Source: Paragordius varius
Taxonomy: Eukaryota; Animalia; Nematomorpha
Length of the DNA stretch: 64,000 nt
Reading direction: 5' to 3'
Assembly (NCBI GenBank): GCA_964247055.1
Contig: OZ176055.1
Span: forward strand, 9,982,001-10,046,000
The notes under the pieces were generated by a model. The model did not search any database. It saw nothing but the letters and a program-made list of their open reading frames with translations, and was not told where the DNA came from. Below are positions 40,620 to 64,000 of the stretch, one piece after another. How positions within the stretch are numbered: the stretch's first letter is position 1; each line of letters opens with the position of its first letter. The translations under genes were made by a program, and so were the position numbers.

Positions 40620-40824
40620 CTGTAATTTTCCTTTCATCCCCTTTTATAATTATCTCACTTTCACATTCAGAAGATATGATAGTTGTAAAATAACGCATAA
40701 ATCCAGCGTATTTTAGTGTTTGTTTTAAGTGATACGTTATTTTTAGCAAGCTATTGATCTTTAGAAAAAAAGCAATGATGCTCCATAAAGGTAACGGATG
40801 CACAAGAAAGACAGAAAAAAGAGA

Positions 40825-41091
40825 CAGTAAAAACTGTAATTATACGGACAAAACGTAAGAATGTGAAAACAAATGTTTTTTAAAAAGACAACCATACTTT
40901 TTTAATCCTATCTCCCATATAATTTATTTAATTACAAAAAATATATAATTGATTATGTTACCAATAACATATCTATTTCATACTTTGCAATCGAAACAAT
41001 ATCAAAATATAACAAGGATGGTTGTGTTTTGAAAACGAAATACTTATTTTTATAATTATACTTTTTGTCCGTATAATTTCAATTTTTTTGT
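40825..41091. mobile_element. MITE family A
   Basis: CAGTAAAAACTGTAATTATACGGACAAAACG...TTTGTCCGTATAATTTCAATTTT. Confidence 0.8.
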
Positions 41092-43003
41092 AAGAACATG
41101 GAATATTCTTGTGCAATTGCTCAGGTCATCAATTATAAGCATCAATCATTTTCAATCTCGATAAATTATCGGACATAAATTTACTCCGTTGAAAAATATG
41201 GATACAATATAAATATTAATTTTTTTTAGAGTAAAATATCTCGATATCTAAATTTATTTTTATGATAATTTTCAGGCCCTCTTTTTTTCCAAAAGACCTT
41301 AATGTGCCGCACAATCATAAACAATATATTAGTTTATGCAATAAGGTTGTCGTCTTAAAACCAGGAAATTTTATATTTGTAATGAATGGAAATTTAGATT
41401 TTAAATGATTTAAATTTTTTGTAGCAAGAAACAGTTTTAATTAGAGGATTACATTAGGAAGGTTTTATCTCTTAAATCCCAAGAATTTGATAACAGTAAT
41501 AAAATTCCATATAAAATTATAATAATGACATTAATGTCAAATAAATATTTTAACAGCATTATATTTCATAATCTACCTTTCACGGCAAATTCAAAATTAT
41601 TATATATATTTATGGATACGAGATACGTTAATTAAACGATTTTTAATGTTTAAATTATCTGATCAAGTTCTGGGCCATAAGCAAATTAAAGGATATCTAA
41701 ATTTTTTTATTTAACTTCTATATTCAAATACGACCCACAATAAATAGAATAAAGAGGCAACTTCAATCAAAAGAGTTTTTAATCTAAAGTCGTATGTATA
41801 AATCAAATTTCCCATTCAAGATATATATTTTTTGTGATCGGCTAGAAATTTGAGTTTATGCCTATGGTTTATCTTTTGGTGCGACAAATGAACACTCTGA
41901 CATCGTAACAAAAGCTGTAGTTAAAATCTATTTTAAAGCTAAACATATCGATTTTTATGGTTAATTAAAGTTGCAATAATTAGTATATATTCGACGTTTT
42001 GGTTGAGCAATCTCGAAGTTTTTTTTTTCAGAAAATTTACTTCCAAAAGCCATTTATTATAATGGAATTTGAAATTCTACACATAAAAACTTAAAATATG
42101 ACAACTTTGTATTAATCTTTCATTCACTATATAGTTAACACATTGAATTTAACTGACCGTTTTTATTAAGTAAAAATTAATTTACCAACTAAGTAGACAG
42201 GAAACGCCATTTTATTATTTTGGCAAAATACTAAAATGTGGCGATATCTTTTTTTGAAGCTTAAAAAAATTCATAAACTTTATAATTTAACAGTTTTTTA
42301 AGCATAGAATATACACAAGGTTGATTTGTCATTTATAAGTTCAATTGGTACAAGTCTTGCCTAGGTAAATTTCTTTCAAGTTAAAACATTTTAACAAAAT
42401 CTATAATAAAACATTTGAATTTTTGCAGTTTGATGAAATATCAAACAAACAAAAAAAATGGCTAAATAATGGGAGCAAACCTTAACTATTTTACTAATTA
42501 TCAATTAAAAAGAATCCATGGTTTATGAATTATGTATTTTTAATACCAAAATCTTTCATAAACTTAATCCAATTATTGCAAAGTTAATCCGTTAAAAACA
42601 TAAAAAATTTGATTAAAATGAAAAATTAACGCTATTTTCATTAAAATTTCTAATAAAACAATCTCTAGATTTTGTAAAAAAGTGTATATGTATAAATTTA
42701 TTATTTTCATATATATAATTCGAACTAATTGCCATCATTATTTTCTGTTTTATTGGTGTTCAGGGTATTTAAATCGCCATTTTTTCGAAGCATTAAATTT
42801 CGATTAAACCAGAGGGGGCGGAATTTTGGCATTTCAACTATTCTCACCTACAAAATATATAAAGTGGTTAATATAAATGAATATTTCATACAGAAAAGGT
42901 TATAAAATTATAAAGAAAACAAAAGTCAAAAAAAATGAATACTTTCTTAAACGAAACCCATATTTAAATTATTTTTTAACACAATAACCTGAAATTAAAC
43001 TTA

Positions 43004-43290
43004 CAGTAAAAACTGAAATTATACGGACAAAACGTTAAAATATAAAGACAAATTTTTTTTCCAAAGACAACCATACTTTTTTAAGCCTAATTTTTTATAC
43101 TCATTGTTTCATTTTGCATATTATAGAATTGATATCCATATCGGTGACACAATAAATTATATATTTTAAAATTGTAATTATATAATTTACATGAGAAAAA
43201 AAATAAGTTTTAAAAAAGTACGGTAATCTTTTAAAAAAAATATTTGTCTTTATATTTAAAGTTTAGTCCGTAAAATTTCAGTTTTTACTG
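43004..43290. mobile_element. MITE family A
   Basis: TA-CAGTAAAAACTGAAATT...AATTTCAGTTTTTACTG-TA. Confidence 0.88.
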
Positions 43291-43297
43291 TAACATT

Positions 43298-43635
43298 TAT
43301 AAATTCACCCTCAAACAATTCAAATTATTCCTTCATGCAAACTCACCATTTCACACTTAAAATAAATTTCGTGTTTTGGGGATAATATAACTAACTCATC
43401 ATTAATATGTAATATATCTTTATGGTATAGTTTTTATTTTTTCGGTATTATTTAAATTTTAAACAAAATTACATTTTTGAAAAATGTCAGAAAATATCGG
43501 TAATTTATAATCTTAAAAAACAAATATTTTATTTTAGGGTGTATTTAGATTGTTTAAGGATGAATTTGAATTGTTAAAGGAGGAGTTAAATTGTTCAAGG
43601 GTGATTTTGAATTGTTCAAGGATAAATTAAAAGTG
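43298..43635. mobile_element. Foldback-like MITE family B abutting the MRPL32 3' end
   Basis: About four 21-bp GGGTGAATTTGAATTGTTCAA-like units at 43535-43625; internal sequence shared with other B copies. Confidence 0.7.
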
Positions 43636-43659
43636 AAAATAGATAATTTGAAACAACTT

Positions 43660-44404
43660 TTAATTGGAAATTATTTTTTTTTGAAAATTGACCTGTTTTC
43701 CAGCAACTATAGCCATCTTATTTGCCTCGTCATGTTGTTCCATAGTTTGAGTGATTTGATCATTTTTGTACTTTATGTAAGCATCATGTTGGATTGGTTT
43801 AAAGGCATTGAATGGATTCAATCGTTCCAAAACTGATTGGGATTCTTTCCGCACTTGTTGATAACAATTTTCTGACAGCAAGAAAAAAATCTAGTAAAAA
43901 CTTAGCAATGTAAATATGATTTAGTATAAAATTATTGATTCCTTATGATAAAAACTATGGTTTTATATGTTATCAAAACAATTAGTAATAAATATATTAT
44001 AAATCTACTAAACTTTTATGGTTAATACTAAAAATTAAATCCTATAATAAAACAAATAAAATTTTACCACAAAGACATCCTCTGAGATAAAAATGACCAC
44101 ATTCAACGCAAGTTAAAATATCGTTCCTCGGTTTACACAGATATCGTGCATGGGGTCCATGTTTTTTCTTTAAACGATCAGCAATAGATTTTCGACTTTT
44201 GGGCACACCCCAAAGAAATCCATCATAACTCAATTCGTAACCATTTATATTTGTGTTTAAAGCAAATATAGGGGCGACTAATAAACTTATTGGCAACTCA
44301 CGTAAAAAATTATTGAGTGCTTTATCCCATAACTTTTCCAAACAATTTTCAGTTTTTAAAAGCATAAACCTAATCATATCCGTGATTATTGCCGGTTTTA
44401 CCAT
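43660..44404 (-). CDS. MRPL32: Mitochondrial large ribosomal subunit protein bL32m (2 exons)
   Basis: Exons 44404-44068 and 43871-43660. LWGVPKSRKS...NDILTCVECGHFYLRGCLC|ENCYQQVRKE matches the bL32m VPK motif and Zn-binding CxxC...CxxC. Confidence 0.9.
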
Positions 44405-44524
44405 TCAGCCATTAAAACAACTGTGCGCAATTGGAAGCTTTCGATAAGTTATTTAGAGGATACATCTCAGAACAGACAGACCATTAGTTTTTAACGAACA
44501 AAATTATTTGAATAGCAAATAAAA
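44405..44524. promoter_or_regulatory. Very compact bidirectional promoter MRPL32/PFK
   Basis: Only 120 bp separate the two divergent ATGs (44404 minus, 44525 plus). Confidence 0.55.
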
Positions 44525-60328
<15,804 letters not shown>

Positions 60329-61466
60329 AACGGTTTTAGGTAAAAGTTTTAAGAAACAAAAAGTGTTTTTTAGATTTTTATTTGATAAATTTTAAGTGAT
60401 GATGATATCATGTCCAGGTTAATGTTAAATTTAGTTTAAGACCGATAAATTAATAGTTTTGTTTGATGGAATTGCACAGAAATTTTATTGGATTCTCTTA
60501 TTATTTTGAAAAGTTAAGGCGGAATATATATTAAATTTATTATTTCTACGGTTTTGATGTTTATATATTCGGTTTTTGCTTGGAATCATGGTTTAATTAA
60601 ATGATCTAAGGTGAATATTTTAAATAATGTACCAATTTACATATTTTTCCCAAGTTTTCTTATCCGAGGAACATCCAAATTATTTTTTAGATATTATAAT
60701 ATATTAGATTTAGAAATTGAAAAAACCGCATACTATATCAATAATAGCCAATCTCAATCATCTAACAATCAAATCTAGTCAATATTCTTGTTTTAGCTTT
60801 AAAAATATAAATTTCATAAAATCAGTCAAAATCAAATGCAATTCATTGGGCAATGATAAATCTTCTGTGTCAAACGCATTGTTAATTACTTACTTATTAC
60901 AATTATATTCTACGTTCAACATTTAAGGATTGTTTAACATTAATATATACTATATATGGATTTTTTATGTAAAATAGTTGACAATTACAACATTTCTTCC
61001 ATATAATTAATGATATATTCATAATTTTATCTAGAAAACACTTTAAAATGACTTAATTTTCGTTTTTAAATAAATGACATCAAAAAAAATTCTCATGCCG
61101 CATAATATGTCATCTTTTAGCCATTTTTAATTAAATTATTTATATTTTATTAATGCTTAATTTGCCATCCTAGTCATATTGTTAAAATTATGACATTTTA
61201 AATCTTTTATTTTTTCGGTTATTTTAAATGTAATTTATTCTTTTTTAACAATTTTACTGCTAAATGCCAATATATTTTTTGCATACATACTACTATATTT
61301 GCGTATGTTTGGGCCTTTTTCATGTTCTTATATGTATAGAAATAAATGATTTGCCTATTATATTATATGTTACTTGATTAATAAGTGGAATATTGTAAAA
61401 CTGGAAATTATTATCGTTTCTATAATGAAATTGTTTTATTAAACATTTTTTAATGATAGATATTTT

Positions 61467-61742
61467 CAGTAAAAATTAAATTTATACGGACAAAAGGTAA
61501 AAATATAAAGACAAATTTTTTTTCTAAAGGACAATTAAATCTTAATGTTTCTCATATAAGCTACTTAGTTACGATTGTAAAATATATAATAGTCTTATAT
61601 ATCTCTATTTCACACTTTGCCATTTAAAACAATGAGTTATATTGAAATAAATCAAGATTTAAATAGCATGGTTGTTGTCTTTTAGAAAAAATATTTGTTT
61701 TTATATTTTTACGTTTTGTCCGTATAATTCCAATTTTTACTG
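61467..61742. mobile_element. MITE family A
   Basis: CAGTAAAAATTAAATTTATACGGACAAAAG...TTTTGTCCGTATAATTCCAATTTTTACTG-TA. Confidence 0.88.
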
Positions 61743-61924
61743 TACTTGAGTTTTAAACCACCTAATATTTTCTTTAAAACATTCCTTTTTGTAATTGAAA
61801 TATTATAGCCCAATATCCAATGAATTACAATTTTTCCCATCATTTATTTAGTTTTATATATATTATATTTGTCGAATATGTACACTGCTGTAAGGACATA
61901 AGTAAGATCTGATTTATTAGCAAC

Positions 61925-63489
61925 TTATGAAACTATGATTTCATCATTGGTTGAAGCTGAATGTTTATAATGGATTAATTGACTATCACCGGTTTTGATG
62001 GAATCATCGGGAAAATTAACGACAAACCCTGCTTCCTCTTTACAATGTTGACATTTGCAATTCTATAAAATGATTGATTATATTTAGACTGAAAAAACGG
62101 TTTTTAAAATCAAACTTTACCATTGAAAAAACTCCCCTACCTTAATGCTATCAAACGAGCAATCCGTATTAAATTCATCACAATCATACGCTCCTTGTAA
62201 TACATTTTGGGTGCTTTCGCTTTCTTGATAAGCCGTAAAATTGAAAGGAAATAGCGGAGAATAATACGATAAAAATTTTCCCCTAAATTGTTCTTTTGGC
62301 ATAGCTAGGCACAGAGCGCAACGAATCGGACTTCGGGTTGGACCTTTGGGTGATTTGAAGCCCGGTTTTGCATACCGGGGTAAAGCACCACCGTGTGTTT
62401 CTTTTCGCGTTCGGTTCCATACGGGATGGTTTGGCATCATTTCCATAATCTGTGTAACATGGATGGGCATAATTAAAATGACACCATATGTCCAAAAAAT
62501 ACCCCTTTTGATAGAATATTATATGTTATTACTTCGTCACAGCATTTTCGGCTCACACATGCTCTTAGTTTGAGTCGCTCAAAAAATTTGCGATAATAAA
62601 AGAAAAATCCATTTAGTTTTTTCCAATAACTCCTGCCCAATAACCATGGTAAAATTTCTAGTTTATGTTCAGTTTCATCCTCTTCCATAGTATTTGCCAA
62701 ATATCTAATAATAATTAATCATTTCATTTGTATACAAAGCTATGAAAAAGTTTAGTTTATTGTATTCAGATCGATCCAACTCCGCTCTTTTAAAGTATGT
62801 AAACACCATAGCTAATAAATACTGTGAAATGGATAATTAAGACAAATAATAAACTTTATCTGTTATCCTTAAACAGTTATCAGTGTTTAGAAAGTATGAG
62901 ATTAATGGATCCTCTAAAAATATTAAATTAAACTTATACCAAGCAGTTTAAGGAACAATTGCAGTTCCCACAAGTATATTTTGACTTCGGCTACTGATTT
63001 GTAAAACGGTAATCCTTTCGGTATAATTGCGTTACAATAATGTTTGAGCAATTCTGAAAGCGATAATACTTCTTTCTTTGTATAAAACGAATCGAATAAT
63101 ACCTTAGAATCATTATTTCCCGTTACTTTTTTCTTTATATAATTTCTTTTCTTGGGTACATAACTTAATTTAGCTACTCTCATATCCGAAACAACAATCG
63201 TCTGTTACAAAGTTTTTTAAAACTAAATCGTCTGACTTAGGCAAATTTATATTAATGTTATAGTATCATCAAAATAAGTAAATATTTATTAATCAATGTT
63301 CAACCATTTCAAAACTTTTTCACAAAGTAGAATGTGATTAATTTCTTCACACATTTGGCTTTTGAAACCGCCCGGGTTTCTTATACAAATCCCACGATCT
63401 CGGTTAACTTCATTCACAATTTCAAGGATTGCTTTATTTTTGTAGAAGTAATCTCTTTTCGTTTCCATATGCAAGTTATTTCTACTCAT
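61925..63489 (-). CDS. SPDYA: Speedy/RINGO (Spy1) non-cyclin CDK activator
   Basis: Exons 63489-63316 (tentative), 63201-62940, 62913-62855, 62821-62736, 62704-62533, 62449-62141, 62062-61925. Spliced Speedy box [41 protein letters not shown]...NFFIALYLANTMEEDE...EILPWLLG...RACVSRKCCDEIMEMMPNHPVWNRTRKETHGGA, then KGPTRSPIRCALC. An alternative start is the ATG at 63183. Confidence 0.9.
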
Positions 63490-63516
63490 TATTTTAATAA
63501 GACATTCATTCTAGAA

Positions 63517-64000
63517 TCATTTAGAACAACATTTGATGTTTGTCGCTGTAATAATCATTCTTTTTAGCTTCGTCCAAATAGGTTTCAACACCCCAAGGAC
63601 ATATACCCGATAACCCTTATTGAAAATGACGTTCAAGTAAAAGGTAATGCAAACATACACATACTCTAACATGTAAGAAATGGTCCAACCATTATCAATA
63701 AATGGCGACACGAATTTATTATTGTCAAGAGCTGCTACAACGTGAAATAATCCACTGGGTAGCAAGAATAATACGAATTGCACCAAAAATATAAGCATGA
63801 AAATCCGATTTTTTTGAACATCTAAACGCCGTCTCTCCAAAATTGTGTTTTTAATGCTGCCTTCGACCGCAGTTGCATTAGTGGTAGATTTTAGTTTCAT
63901 ACTATTACTCAAACATTTTGCATTATTTTGTATCTTCTTACACTTTGGGCTAGATTCGCTATGGATCATGGAAGGACTATTTATCACATTTGCAGTGTGA
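63517..64000 (-). CDS. Divergent 7TM GPCR-like protein, 3' part (ICL3, TM6, TM7, tail); 5' end outside the window
   Basis: Frame open to the window edge. A basic loop end (ERRRLDVQKNR) precedes hydrophobic IFMLIFLVQFVLFLLPSGLFHVV (TM6-like with Pro), then WTISYMLEYVYVCITFYLNVIFNKGYR (TM7/helix-8-like). Confidence 0.65.
   Translation of the reverse strand, partial: HTANVINSPSMIHSESSPKCKKIQNNAKCLSNSMKLKSTTNATAVEGSIKNTILERRRLDVQKNRIFMLIFLVQFVLFLLPSGLFHVVAALDNNKFVSPFIDNGWTISYMLEYVYVCITFYLNVIFNKGYRVYVLGVLKPIWTKLKRMIITATNIKCCSK

Overview
Eukaryotic, very AT-rich, intron-containing animal (invertebrate-like) genomic DNA; the species cannot be determined from the sequence alone. Hand-spliced gene models, in order: hnRNP M/MYEF2 (+), an unrecognised multi-pass membrane-protein gene (+), MCRS1 (-), NAB co-repressor (+), Evx/even-skipped homeobox (+), mitochondrial ribosomal protein bL32m (-), 22-exon 6-phosphofructokinase (+), Speedy/RINGO CDK activator (-) and the 3' part of a divergent 7TM GPCR-like gene (-, runs off the window). 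Non-coding DNA is dominated by short palindromic DNA transposons. These include several TA-flanked CAGT...ACTG (Tc1/mariner-type) MITE families, two related foldback-like families with 21-bp subterminal repeats, and Buster/Charlie-type hAT elements with perfect 8-bp TSDs. One decayed 2.1-kb hAT is nested inside a MITE. Notable points: GT-AG introns as short as 26-33 nt coexist with long introns built largely from self-complementary MITEs; a ~1-kb inverted element pair lies between convergent genes; Evx sits among genes whose human orthologues map to Hox-bearing regions; and a paired TALE (Pbx/Meis) motif lies upstream of Evx. All splicing is inferred from GT/AG signals, phase compatibility and protein similarity, not from transcripts.
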